Shown piece after piece: positions 29,640 to 40,004 of a stretch of 64,000 nt of DNA (position 1 is the first letter of the stretch; every line of letters begins with the position of its first letter). The stretch lies in sequence record LC768500.1; one strand, given 5' to 3'. The notes beneath the pieces are model-generated. The model was given only the letters and a program-made list of their open reading frames with translations. It was not told the origin of the DNA and did no database searches. Made by a program: the position numbers and the translations under genes.

Positions 29640-32411
29640 ATGTCAGAATATTTATATCCTTGGAATCCCTTCCAAGATGATGATGACGCCCGTATCACTG
29701 GAGAGCTCGCGAGTGTACCCGGGGGAACCCGTGTGCTGGTCGTTCCTAGAGCCGCTCCTTTCTTTTCCGAAAACTTAACTATTGTCAATTCGGATACTAA
29801 TGCCCCGTTGGTATTAGGTGAAGACTACGTCTTCAGTTATCCGTTTATGGATTTTATCAAGAATTATTCCAAAAACGTTTATGGTGGGATAATTCTTCTC
29901 AAAGCAACCACCGCTTTGAACATTTCAATAAGTTATGACACCATCGGCGGGCCGTTCGTTTTAGATGACGTTGCGTACGCTGAAGCTGTGGCCAACATCA
30001 TCTCATCCGGGAGATTGGCAGATTGGAGTCAGGTCGTTAATCTCCCTTCTGGTTTCCCAGCCGATCCCCACGACCATCCAGAAAGCCAAACTTATAACTA
30101 CAACGAGTTCATGGCTAACCTCACTCTGATGATTGAGGCGATGAACAATGAAACGAATAACCCGACTGTCCAGACGCAGCTGACACAGCACAGTGCCGAT
30201 AACTTAAGAATCGCGCATCCCAACGGCGAGCCAGAGGATGTGGGATTAAGCAATCTTCACGATTACCCGGTGGCTCAAGAAAGTGATTTCGACGGTAATT
30301 CCAACCAGTTATATATGGTTCTTGGTATTACGAAGAAACTCATCGATAAAATGTTAGCCGAGTTCTTGAACGGATCGTTACCCGCTGACTTCGAAGAAAC
30401 GGTTCAAGAAATCTACGATCAAATGAACTCTTACTTGCAGCAAACGGCTACGCTCGCTGGGCAAGTTGATAACAAGCTGTCGAACACCATCAACGGTTTG
30501 GAAACCTTCGATAATGGCGCGACACTGACGTCAACCAAGGATATGTTATTCCATACCCCAACTAACAGTTGGTACTATTGGGGTGGGACTTATCCTACTG
30601 GCGGTTACGTTGTCAGCGGCGGGGCTTCCCCTTACGATGCTTCAGGTAATCTGATAGCCGGTTGGAAAGTGGCTGGTGCAGTTGAGCTTGAAACCAGACT
30701 CTCTTCGAAAACCATCGGCCTGGGTGGGGACATCGTAGGTTACACGGCAGTAGCTGGAGCAATAGCCCGTACTGTGAATGACCGACTCCGGGATACGATT
30801 AGTGTAAGGGACTATTATCAAAGTAGTGATAATGGTAACTGGGCCTTGGCTTATAACCGGGCTAAAGCAGTCAACCCTAAAGTTTGGTTCCCGAGATCCG
30901 ATTCTGCGTACATCGTTACTTCAACGTTGGCTCTGTCCGCTGGAGGTGGGATATACTCAAACGGCGCAACTATAAGCTCTCCTCCTGCGGCTGACGCCAC
31001 GGGTACAGCACTGATAAAGGTCATTTCGGCGACAAGTGTTTCCGACATCGAGCTAAGCGGGATAACTATCGATGGTGGGGTTAACGAAACACTGACGTCT
31101 AAAAACTACACTCGACCTGTTCAGATGACCGGATGCACTAATATTCGGTTTAGGAACGTTAGGATCGTAAACAATCCTGATTGGAGTTTTTCACTAGAAT
31201 CGTGTAAACAGATCATTATTGACAATTACTATCAACGTTCTTTCGTCTATGCCAACAGTGCGACGACTACATCGTTAGCGGGCGGTCGAGACGGCGGTCA
31301 CTTGATGGACTGTGTCGACGCAACATTAACGAATCTGGATATCGAGTCTGGTGACGATTGTATCGGGATCACGTCTAAACTGTCAGGCTGTGCTAACATC
31401 ACAGTGAGAGGGCTTAAAGGAAGCTCGGTTATCGCCAGTCTTCTGATTTATAACGAAGAACAGGACGGGTCGTCGAATTATTATTCGCAACCTTGTTCTC
31501 GTTTAAAATTCTCCGAGATCCATGTAAAAGATGGAGCTAACTGTCGCAACATCGTTCGAGTTAAGAAATACGGCTCTACTTCTGTCATTAACGATGTCTC
31601 GATAACGGGAGTAAGCGGGAAAGCCAATAACAGTTACGGTGTATGGGTGGGTGGTGTTAATAACGTTTACCTCAACGATATTAACGTCGAATCAACTCAG
31701 GTTCATGGTGCGTATATTGAGAACTGCTCGAGGGTAAGAGGTAACGTAAAAGGTAAAGCCAACGTTTCCACTTATCACGGCGTTATTGTGTACAACTCCA
31801 ATAACTGTGATCTGACATTGGATTCTGACCAATCTGCGGGTTACGGGATTTATCTGGATACGGTGAGTAATTCAGTAATACGTCCGTATTCATATAACTG
31901 TGGTGCTGGGTTATTCTCCTCTTCGGCAGGCGGTGGTTGCAGGATGGTGAACTGCTCCTACGTCAATATGCCTCAGGGCAATCTCTATGGTACTACAACG
32001 GTTTCCTATTACGGATTGAATTATTCGACTGGAAATACGAACTGTACCTTTGGGTTGGATCTGATGTTCTTCGGCCTGGTTCCTTCCACCAGACTGCCAA
32101 CCGCATATTACTTGAAGGCCCCTGCAGTCAGCCTTAAATTCAAAGAGGACTCCGCGGGAACTTTATCGACCTACTCCGCTATAGGGTGTACGTTGACCCG
32201 TAACGCCGCAGGGAACTATACCGTTGCGTTCTCAAGCAATATGAACTCGACCGGTTTCCAGTGGGTGTTGGAAGCTTACCATAACGGGGCCAGAAGAACG
32301 GTTCAGTTATCTTCAGCGGTGACGGTAGGTGGGTTTAGTTTCTTGACCCAAGACTCGGCCGGAACAACAACATATGCCGATCATGTTAGTTTGATGGCTT
32401 GGAATACTTAA
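29640..32411 (+). CDS. tailspike / polysaccharide depolymerase: phiKZ-type anchor, tailspike head domain and GH28-like beta-helix
   Basis: start moved to ATG 29640; VVPRAAPFF anchor shared with neighbouring fibres; WYYWGGTYP head domain; RTVNDRLRDTISVRDY beta-helix entry; RDG...ESGDDCIGI...RVK motifs. Confidence 0.82.
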   Translation: MSEYLYPWNPFQDDDDARITGELASVPGGTRVLVVPRAAPFFSENLTIVNSDTNAPLVLGEDYVFSYPFMDFIKNYSKNVYGGIILLKATTALNISISYDTIGGPFVLDDVAYAEAVANIISSGRLADWSQVVNLPSGFPADPHDHPESQTYNYNEFMANLTLMIEAMNNETNNPTVQTQLTQHSADNLRIAHPNGEPEDVGLSNLHDYPVAQESDFDGNSNQLYMVLGITKKLIDKMLAEFLNGSLPADFEETVQEIYDQMNSYLQQTATLAGQVDNKLSNTINGLETFDNGATLTSTKDMLFHTPTNSWYYWGGTYPTGGYVVSGGASPYDASGNLIAGWKVAGAVELETRLSSKTIGLGGDIVGYTAVAGAIARTVNDRLRDTISVRDYYQSSDNGNWALAYNRAKAVNPKVWFPRSDSAYIVTSTLALSAGGGIYSNGATISSPPAADATGTALIKVISATSVSDIELSGITIDGGVNETLTSKNYTRPVQMTGCTNIRFRNVRIVNNPDWSFSLESCKQIIIDNYYQRSFVYANSATTTSLAGGRDGGHLMDCVDATLTNLDIESGDDCIGITSKLSGCANITVRGLKGSSVIASLLIYNEEQDGSSNYYSQPCSRLKFSEIHVKDGANCRNIVRVKKYGSTSVINDVSITGVSGKANNSYGVWVGGVNNVYLNDINVESTQVHGAYIENCSRVRGNVKGKANVSTYHGVIVYNSNNCDLTLDSDQSAGYGIYLDTVSNSVIRPYSYNCGAGLFSSSAGGGCRMVNCSYVNMPQGNLYGTTTVSYYGLNYSTGNTNCTFGLDLMFFGLVPSTRLPTAYYLKAPAVSLKFKEDSAGTLSTYSAIGCTLTRNAAGNYTVAFSSNMNSTGFQWVLEAYHNGARRTVQLSSAVTVGGFSFLTQDSAGTTTYADHVSLMAWNT

Positions 32412-32419
32412 GGAAGATT

Positions 32420-32674
32420 ATGTCTATTACCGCAGTACTTTCAGGTACCGTTAATCTCTCTTCGCTGAAAGATCAGAGCAGTAAGGCTCATGTTCTTGAA
32501 ATCATTAAAGAAAGAATGAGTTACGAAAAACCAGACATTGAGTTAACTTTATCGGTCGATAACACGGTCGTTAACAGTTACGCCTTTGTCAGTGGTGACG
32601 CGTTGACAGTTCCTGATGACTTCAGCTTTGTTTTTAACGGTATTGTTGCCGACGTTATCGCTAACGCTAATTAG
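32420..32674 (+). CDS. small protein after the tailspike (possible assembly chaperone)
   Basis: start moved to ATG 32420 (AAGGA RBS), 84 aa; function inferred from position only. Confidence 0.55.
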   Translation: MSITAVLSGTVNLSSLKDQSSKAHVLEIIKERMSYEKPDIELTLSVDNTVVNSYAFVSGDALTVPDDFSFVFNGIVADVIANAN

Positions 32675-32685
32675 AAAACCTAATA

Positions 32686-32717
32686 AGGTAGGGGAGGGCG
32701 TTAGCCCTCCCCTACCT
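32686..32717 (+). terminator. intrinsic terminator
   Basis: AGGTAGGGGAGGGC-gtta-GCCCTCCCCTACCT, 14-bp stem. Confidence 0.75.
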
Positions 32718-32785
32718 AGTCGATTTTATGATTCAGGCTTAATATTCGTGGAGTGTGATACTCACTCCACCACGAGGTGAGATCA

Positions 32786-35700
32786 ATGAACTATCCTAAT
32801 ATTCCCGAATACCGTTTGGATATCACGGGGAAAAACCCAGAGAACTTAATTCATTTTGAACAGCTTCAACGAGAAGATGATGTTCGTAAAATGATCGTCG
32901 TCCCTCGTCACGCTCCATTTTACATAGAAAGCGTAATTTTAACTTTCCCTGACGGCACACCGATGGTTTACGGGACTCATTATGAATTCTTTAATATCAT
33001 GGGAGAGCTTTCTCGCAGAACAGGGAAGGCGGTTGGGTGTTTTATTAAGATTTTGGATAAAACGATAACCCGATTTAACGCTCGTTACCAGACGGTCGGT
33101 TCGGTTTCTCTTTTCGACAAGAGCTTCTTAGATCTCTATAACGCGGTTATAGATGATCAGAGGTCAGTATGGTTTGACGAAATCGACAATAAACCCGCAT
33201 TGTTTGATCCAGAGCAGCACGGGCATGATGTCAGATACGGCGTGTACGCCTTTAAAGATCTCGCAGACGCATTCGAGCAGATGGTAGCCAACACCGTAGG
33301 CGGTGAAGGGTATCACGCACCCTATGAAGAGTTCTTCGTCCAGCGCATCAATAACGCGATCAGTTACCTTTCACAAGTACAGAGTCGTTGCATAGCACTA
33401 ATTAACGAACACGCCAGTAACAAGATCAATGTGCATGGTATCGATAATGTTAAAGTAGGATTGGGTAACGTTGATAACATCGGGACTTACACTTCCGATA
33501 ATTGGGGGGGTACTATCGATGACAAACATCGTATAACTCCAGGGTATCTGAAAAAGTTAGCCGAAAACACCACTGTGGATCTTAGCAACTTGGTCCAACC
33601 TGGCGTTCTCCCAATTGCTCGCTACGGTGAAAACTTTTACATCCCTCCGGTTATCGATGGATCCTTTAAAGGGGTTGGGACCAGACAGCCTTGGCGAGTG
33701 GCCTGTTTAGAAAGAAACGGTTATCTAGTGGCAATAGGTAATTACAAGGACGTCAATACAGACGTGTTGATGTACATGTATAACAAAACCCCGTTTGTTT
33801 CACCGGCCAATTCCAGTAACTGGATAAATACGCGTTATGAGTATAACCCCACTCGTGCTGTTGAAGACGGTGTTAAACTCACCACGGTCATTAAAGGCGG
33901 TGATTATCGCTGGATGATTGTAGGTAACGACCAAACCAACAAGTGGTACGTGGTTAATTGTAATTCTACATTCAACCCGGTGAGTCATGTTCTCACGCCA
34001 ATCAGTAATGTGGACTTTTTCTCCAACATCAGCCACATCAGAATGGCCGTTTGTGGAGAGAGCATCTATCTGTTTAAGGTTACAGACACGCAGGCCGATG
34101 GACGCAAATATGTGACGATGAGGAAGATCGATGTAAGTTCTGTTGATGTCAACACAGAGAGTGTCGCTCTGACCACACCTTCGCTTATTTACACCGATTC
34201 ATCTAATGCCAGTAAAACATCTACGACCGGGGTTTTCGATCCTTTCGTTGTTACCAAAGATGGGTCTAATAAAGTAACCAAAGTGTTGGGTAGTTTTAAC
34301 CCAGTACTGGACTATATTGAGATGGAAAGGGACATTCATATTGAAATGATTCCTGATCCGACTAACCCCACTGTGAGTTATATGCGTTGGTGGACCCCTT
34401 GCATGCATCATCTCGGGACCAAAGCAGTAACGACGACCTACTCCCCGTCTTGGAAATTACAGGAGAGTGGTGGGTTTACAACGATGACGTGGACGAAAGG
34501 ACTAGGGTCTGCTACGATGAACATCACCGCGTGGGATTTGAATTACGCGCCGTGGATGGCTAAACAGAACACAGCGAATACTGCCTTCTTCCAACAAACC
34601 TCATCGTGGTTCCACTCCGCAGCAATGGGTAATGGATTTACTGGCTCATCTTCAATACTCTCTAATGATGCAAGATTCTCATGCGCGTCAACCCACTGGA
34701 ATTTTTTCCCGTTACTGACCGCAACGAGCATGCCGGATTTCTTTACGTCTAACGACCCTTCCACATTTACGACCGCTGATCCAGCAATAACAAATATGGA
34801 TGTTAATGAGGCCGGTGGATATAACCTTAGAACTTTGGCATGTGGGATAACCAACACCACGGTCTATGGATCAGCACCAGCATCAAGTTGTCAGTCCACC
34901 TTGCCATTTACTGAGGCGAATAACTCGATAACGCATTATGAACTTATTAAGTCTGAAGTCAATGATGATACCTTTGTTCATACCGCCAAATTGAGAACGG
35001 GCGATAGAACAACGGCTTCGGTATACGACGCCAACACTTATTACCATATGAGTTACACCAACGACATTTATAAGACCAATATCCCTCCAAGGGGGGTACG
35101 AGTCTCTTACGTTGATGAAATGAATGCGGCTAATAAGGGAGAGACGTTCTTCTCGGTGACCGGCGGGACGGTTTATAGTCTGGGTACCGGGCTTCAGGAT
35201 AATCTGTTAACTCACTCTTTCACTACGACCAGAGATTCTTCCACCAGGACGTTGTCGTTTAACCCATCTCTGTATGTTCAAATTACTAATGCTTTGGTTT
35301 TGTCTTTAGTAACGGCGAACTTCCCAAATGCGGCGGCTTACTATCAAAAAGCTTGGACTTTGTTATGGGTGCCAGGGAAAGAGAGTATTATCGCCCCTAT
35401 GCTGATCGTAGAGTGGATGGGGACGGGTTCTGATACTAACGCCTATATCGGCGTGATGACGTTGAACGTAGTTAAAAACCCAACGTTGACCACTAACCAA
35501 ACCGCGACTGTGAATGGTGTAAAAACCTGCGTAATGAATGTAGGTGATTTGACAGTAGCCAACAAATATACTGTGACGAACGGAACCTATTCTGGCGATC
35601 GTTCTTGGTTTGATGCGATTGGCAACCACTACATCAACTCAGGGTATTTCACTGTTTATCGCAATGCGTCTGGCGAAGTATCTTTCTATTGGGGTTCTAC

Positions 35701-36400
35701 CAACTCTAAGAACTACGGAAGCCCAACCAGTTATGGTGTGGCTAAAACAGCGTACCTGTCTGGTAAAATGTCGGGACCGAAAGTTATTTCTGCTATTAAT
35801 AACTACCCTGGCGGAAGAGATATGCTGGGATCCGTCGTCTACGCGTTAAAAGGTGTCGGTCTATTGCTGATTTCCGATACGATGTCTACTGATATCTTTG
35901 TGGGCGGTGGTATTACTCCGGCTAAGCTGGCGGGGACTACCTACCAGTCGGTTCTGGATGGATATGCCAACACAGCTTTGTTAGGATCGTTCTACATCAT
36001 CGCTGACATCATTCCGGTCAATCAATGGACGTTGTTCTTCTCAGCGAGCAAGATCGTTTTGAAAGGAACCTATTTCGAACTGCCCGTGGGTACTCTGACA
36101 TTAACAGATTACTTCACCGATGTTCAAAATAAAACGTTCTATTTGTTTTTAAAACTCACTGAAGGTAGCCCGGTATATGAGTTGTCATCAACTATGTTGT
36201 CGGAAACCTCGACGTGTATGTTGATAGCGACGGTTACTACCGATAACTTCAGCATTGTTTCTGTAGATACACAAAAGGTCTTTTCAATGACCGGCTATCG
36301 CGTGTCGTCTCAAGCTATCGGTTCGATCATACCTGGGTCGACCGGGGGGATCAACGAATTGGGCGAGACACCGTGGCTGTCGTCTACCTTGGTTGATTAA
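32786..36400 (+). CDS. large tail-fibre protein, paralog A
   Basis: start moved to ATG 32786 (GAGGTG RBS); VVPRHAPFY, HGIDNVKVGLGNVDN and FYIPPVIDGSFKG motifs shared with paralogs; conserved C-terminal domain. Confidence 0.8.
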   Translation: MNYPNIPEYRLDITGKNPENLIHFEQLQREDDVRKMIVVPRHAPFYIESVILTFPDGTPMVYGTHYEFFNIMGELSRRTGKAVGCFIKILDKTITRFNARYQTVGSVSLFDKSFLDLYNAVIDDQRSVWFDEIDNKPALFDPEQHGHDVRYGVYAFKDLADAFEQMVANTVGGEGYHAPYEEFFVQRINNAISYLSQVQSRCIALINEHASNKINVHGIDNVKVGLGNVDNIGTYTSDNWGGTIDDKHRITPGYLKKLAENTTVDLSNLVQPGVLPIARYGENFYIPPVIDGSFKGVGTRQPWRVACLERNGYLVAIGNYKDVNTDVLMYMYNKTPFVSPANSSNWINTRYEYNPTRAVEDGVKLTTVIKGGDYRWMIVGNDQTNKWYVVNCNSTFNPVSHVLTPISNVDFFSNISHIRMAVCGESIYLFKVTDTQADGRKYVTMRKIDVSSVDVNTESVALTTPSLIYTDSSNASKTSTTGVFDPFVVTKDGSNKVTKVLGSFNPVLDYIEMERDIHIEMIPDPTNPTVSYMRWWTPCMHHLGTKAVTTTYSPSWKLQESGGFTTMTWTKGLGSATMNITAWDLNYAPWMAKQNTANTAFFQQTSSWFHSAAMGNGFTGSSSILSNDARFSCASTHWNFFPLLTATSMPDFFTSNDPSTFTTADPAITNMDVNEAGGYNLRTLACGITNTTVYGSAPASSCQSTLPFTEANNSITHYELIKSEVNDDTFVHTAKLRTGDRTTASVYDANTYYHMSYTNDIYKTNIPPRGVRVSYVDEMNAANKGETFFSVTGGTVYSLGTGLQDNLLTHSFTTTRDSSTRTLSFNPSLYVQITNALVLSLVTANFPNAAAYYQKAWTLLWVPGKESIIAPMLIVEWMGTGSDTNAYIGVMTLNVVKNPTLTTNQTATVNGVKTCVMNVGDLTVANKYTVTNGTYSGDRSWFDAIGNHYINSGYFTVYRNASGEVSFYWGSTNSKNYGSPTSYGVAKTAYLSGKMSGPKVISAINNYPGGRDMLGSVVYALKGVGLLLISDTMSTDIFVGGGITPAKLAGTTYQSVLDGYANTALLGSFYIIADIIPVNQWTLFFSASKIVLKGTYFELPVGTLTLTDYFTDVQNKTFYLFLKLTEGSPVYELSSTMLSETSTCMLIATVTTDNFSIVSVDTQKVFSMTGYRVSSQAIGSIIPGSTGGINELGETPWLSSTLVD

Positions 36401-36405
36401 CCCTT

Positions 36406-36430
36406 TAAAAGGAGGGGACCCCTCCTTTTA
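36406..36430 (+). terminator. stem-loop between tail-fibre genes
   Basis: TAAAAGGAGGG-gac-CCCTCCTTTTA, 11 bp plus T tract. Confidence 0.65.
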
Positions 36431-36446
36431 TTTTTATAGGTGTAAT

Positions 36447-39400
36447 ATGTCTGACTTTAAAATCCTATCTTTCGATCCCAGAGGGGATAACACAGATAAT
36501 CTGTTAACCGAGCAGGTGGTATTGGATGACACCACCCTCGATTACATTAAACCGGATTATACTCCATTTTATTCTAGCACTGTGGTTATCACTGATAAAG
36601 ACGGTCAAGTGAGGAATGAAGGGACGGATTATGTTCTGGAAGGGTTGGTGATCCCACTGGTAAAAACTTCCGGTAAGGATGTAAAGGCTTACATCAGAAT
36701 CGTCAATACAGAACTCTATGCTAAGTCTCCACTAAGCATTCAGTATCACTCTTGCGGGATTAACCACTTTCCGAGAGATATGGTTAAGAACACCCCAACT
36801 GGGTCAGAAGGCAACAGCCTCCCTATCGATTGGAATACACAAGTTTTAGGCAAACCTGATTCTTACCCTTTTAAACCTCATATTCATAACGTCGAAACTG
36901 AAATAGCGGCGTGGACTGATCTGGCCGATGAAATAGAAGAAATTTATCAGTACAGAAAAAATCACATCCTCAGCAAATACCAAGAGTTAAAAGGTCTGAG
37001 CGATGCAGTTTGGACTGCGACCGATCTTACTGCCAAGCAGCTCCGCGATAATGTGATGAATCACGATCGTGATCTTGATAACCCTCATGACGTTGATGCG
37101 GCTGACGTTTTACTTGGTAACGTAGATAACTTTGCTACAGCAACCGCCAATGACGAACTCCTGGGTTCGGCTGATAAGTTCTCTACTCCCCTGGGTGCAC
37201 AGTCTATACTTAATAATTCATTACAAAGTACGGACAGTTATCATCACATTGGTCGTCTTCCCCTTTCTTATTACGGAACTGATTTTTACATCCCTCCTCC
37301 GATAGAGGGAGACTTTAAAGGGATGTGGACGAACTGTGAAACGGCCGGATTCTGTTTGGAAGATAACGGAACGTTAATGATGCTCGCCAATGCGTCTGAC
37401 GGAAAGCACAACGGTCTGTTTTACACCACCATTGAAAATTGGGACAGCCCTAATCCAAAAGTCAGGTATACCGGTTATCCTTACCAATGGGGGAGTTTGG
37501 ATTACCGTAAGCTCAACGCCATTGTTGAAGGCTCCGGTAAAGACGTGATGATCGTAGGGAACCGGGCATCTCAGGATTGGTATATTACCCTGACCAAAGG
37601 TACTTTCGATCCAGCGAAACACAATCTTCACAAGATCACTTTCGATACCACCCCTCCTGGGATGTGGGATAACTACGTCGTTAACGAAAGATTCCCTTGG
37701 TTCGATATCAGTAAAGTTTTTGTAGCCGGGGGGTACGTCTGGCTGATGTATCTTAATCATCAGAATTTTAGCAATGAGCTGAGAATAGCAAAAGATCTTT
37801 ACTTCTACCGCATTCCGTTGTCGGCCTTTGATGCTGACGGACCTCTGGTATTCCAAGCTATTACCTTGACGAGCGCGCAGAACGTTTTCGGTACGACGTT
37901 TACTAATGTTAAGCCGCTTCGTATCAGCGATCCCGTCAAGAAAAGCTCAGGGTGGTATAACAACAGTTGGTGTCGAACTTCCCTGGATCTCGTCGCGTCT
38001 TATCAGTGGATAAAATCGGTAATTATTCCTACTGATTACGATTCGACGTCTAATAAGAAACTGATCTATTTAGAAACCAGGATGCATAACTACTATTATA
38101 ATGGTTCGGTGTATAATTTCTATGATCCGGCTCTTCAATTCATTTATATCTTTGATCCGGATAACAATACCTTCTTACTACACCCAGATAGCGGAAGGAA
38201 CTACCTCATTGACGTGGTAACTACCTCCAATAACCCACAGAGGGTAGGAGGAAGGATGGCTAATGGTGATAATTGGGTTAACATCGGTAGGAACCAAAGG
38301 CCGTCTATAACCCACCTCAATGGTTATATCCTAAAATCGGAAATAAATCAGGTCTACACCACCTTTAAATTAAAAACTGATTCACTCAGTTGGTTTAAAG
38401 ACCCCTATTCGGGAGCAACGGGCGGAACCAACGCACTAACAGCCATTAAAAAGTCTTATCCAATGGTAGAACCTCCTGGGGCGGTTCAATCAAGCTATTT
38501 CGATGGAGCCGAAATATATGGGGTTTATGGACCCCACCCATCCAGCGCCTTCAACGTCGCGACCAAAATGGGGCTGTATCTCAGAACCGGATTGGGTGAC
38601 TACGCCGACCATCCTGAGATGAGATGGGACAATACTAATCTCATGATACGTCTTCCCAGCAACCAGGATTTCAAAATTGCGGGTGGTGGGAACTACGCGA
38701 GATGTAGCGTAACCGGTGACGCGGCTGCTTTAACTGCTGCCGGCACCACAATAGGGTGGACCGGATTTAGTGTTTATGAAGACAGGGGTGTTTTCGATAA
38801 ATTCACCAACTGGCCCGCTCAGCCCAGTAATCAGGTTGCTTTACCCGGGAATATCACCTGGAATACCAGCGTTCCTGGGGTCGCGACAGCCCAGGTGAAT
38901 TCTACAGTGAATTACCCAACCACCATTATCAACCAGATTAAGGCGGTGTTGACTAATGGTATCGGAGCGACGAAATATTCGTCATTCACACTCTACGACT
39001 TTACCTATTCCCCATTTGCGGACGTCTATTCGGTAGCTACACTTTTCTATACGAAGCCCGGATCCGCTGGATTGTGGACAAGGTTTATTTTGTTTAAACC
39101 TACGGTAACAACGTCCGGTACCGTAAAAACTGTGACGGCTTATTCTGTTCTGTACAACTCCGGGGAAGTGGTTAACGATGGTCCGAGGTTCTTCGCGAAC
39201 ATTGACATGAGTTATTTTAGGGGAAGTAATACTTATCCCATAGTAGAAGTCTATGTCAATCGAACCACCGGGATCCATTATTACAACATTTATCCGGGTG
39301 TTTGCTTCTATCCGTCAGGAAACACGACAGCGTACGCGGTCGCTTATATCGTGCAGCCCCGTATACAGTTGCAGAGAGCGACCTCTAACAATGTTATTAC

Positions 39401-39959
39401 TGTTACCGAAAACACAACAAGACCTACTTGGTATAACGATGAATATTACGTCACCGTTGTTCCTAAAGTGGGGAGGGTTACCGTTTACGGCATTGACGTG
39501 TTAACTGAGATGGCGAATACCGGATCGATTACAACAGTAAACGGGACGCGATATGTGACCGCTCACACTTATCCGGCGGATAACTGGTATGTGTACTTCA
39601 CCAACGCGATTAACGTAACGATAGAAGGCGGCAGTTATCTCATGCCGACGGGCAGTATATCGCTTTACGACATTGTGAGTAATCCCGTTGATAAGACGTT
39701 CTACGTTTATATCAGGTTGAACGGAACCAAAGCGGAATATTTCGTTACTACCAAAAAGCTTTACGTTTCTAGCAAAATGTTGTTTGTTGCAACGATAACG
39801 ACTAACGATAAAGGGATCAGCAACATCGATCTTCTCCAACCGATGATGGTGGGAGATTTGGTTCTCTCTAACGTACGTCGTGGTCAAGCAATTCCTGTTG
39901 TGGACGGGTCGCTGGGTCAAGAAGCAACTGTGGTATGGAAACGCAGCCAAGATAATTAA
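36447..39959 (+). CDS. large tail-fibre protein, paralog B
   Basis: start moved to ATG 36447 (AGGTG RBS, past the hairpin); HDVDAADVLLGNVDN and FYIPPPIEGDFKG; C-terminal domain aligns with paralog A. Confidence 0.8.
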   Translation: MSDFKILSFDPRGDNTDNLLTEQVVLDDTTLDYIKPDYTPFYSSTVVITDKDGQVRNEGTDYVLEGLVIPLVKTSGKDVKAYIRIVNTELYAKSPLSIQYHSCGINHFPRDMVKNTPTGSEGNSLPIDWNTQVLGKPDSYPFKPHIHNVETEIAAWTDLADEIEEIYQYRKNHILSKYQELKGLSDAVWTATDLTAKQLRDNVMNHDRDLDNPHDVDAADVLLGNVDNFATATANDELLGSADKFSTPLGAQSILNNSLQSTDSYHHIGRLPLSYYGTDFYIPPPIEGDFKGMWTNCETAGFCLEDNGTLMMLANASDGKHNGLFYTTIENWDSPNPKVRYTGYPYQWGSLDYRKLNAIVEGSGKDVMIVGNRASQDWYITLTKGTFDPAKHNLHKITFDTTPPGMWDNYVVNERFPWFDISKVFVAGGYVWLMYLNHQNFSNELRIAKDLYFYRIPLSAFDADGPLVFQAITLTSAQNVFGTTFTNVKPLRISDPVKKSSGWYNNSWCRTSLDLVASYQWIKSVIIPTDYDSTSNKKLIYLETRMHNYYYNGSVYNFYDPALQFIYIFDPDNNTFLLHPDSGRNYLIDVVTTSNNPQRVGGRMANGDNWVNIGRNQRPSITHLNGYILKSEINQVYTTFKLKTDSLSWFKDPYSGATGGTNALTAIKKSYPMVEPPGAVQSSYFDGAEIYGVYGPHPSSAFNVATKMGLYLRTGLGDYADHPEMRWDNTNLMIRLPSNQDFKIAGGGNYARCSVTGDAAALTAAGTTIGWTGFSVYEDRGVFDKFTNWPAQPSNQVALPGNITWNTSVPGVATAQVNSTVNYPTTIINQIKAVLTNGIGATKYSSFTLYDFTYSPFADVYSVATLFYTKPGSAGLWTRFILFKPTVTTSGTVKTVTAYSVLYNSGEVVNDGPRFFANIDMSYFRGSNTYPIVEVYVNRTTGIHYYNIYPGVCFYPSGNTTAYAVAYIVQPRIQLQRATSNNVITVTENTTRPTWYNDEYYVTVVPKVGRVTVYGIDVLTEMANTGSITTVNGTRYVTAHTYPADNWYVYFTNAINVTIEGGSYLMPTGSISLYDIVSNPVDKTFYVYIRLNGTKAEYFVTTKKLYVSSKMLFVATITTNDKGISNIDLLQPMMVGDLVLSNVRRGQAIPVVDGSLGQEATVVWKRSQDN

Positions 39960-39971
39960 TCGTTTTCACAC

Positions 39972-39990
39972 GGGGGAGTAACCCTCCCCC
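39972..39990 (+). terminator. short stem-loop between tail-fibre genes
   Basis: GGGGGAG-taacc-CTCCCCC. Confidence 0.5.
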
Positions 39991-40004
39991 TAAGAGGTCA
40001 GATA

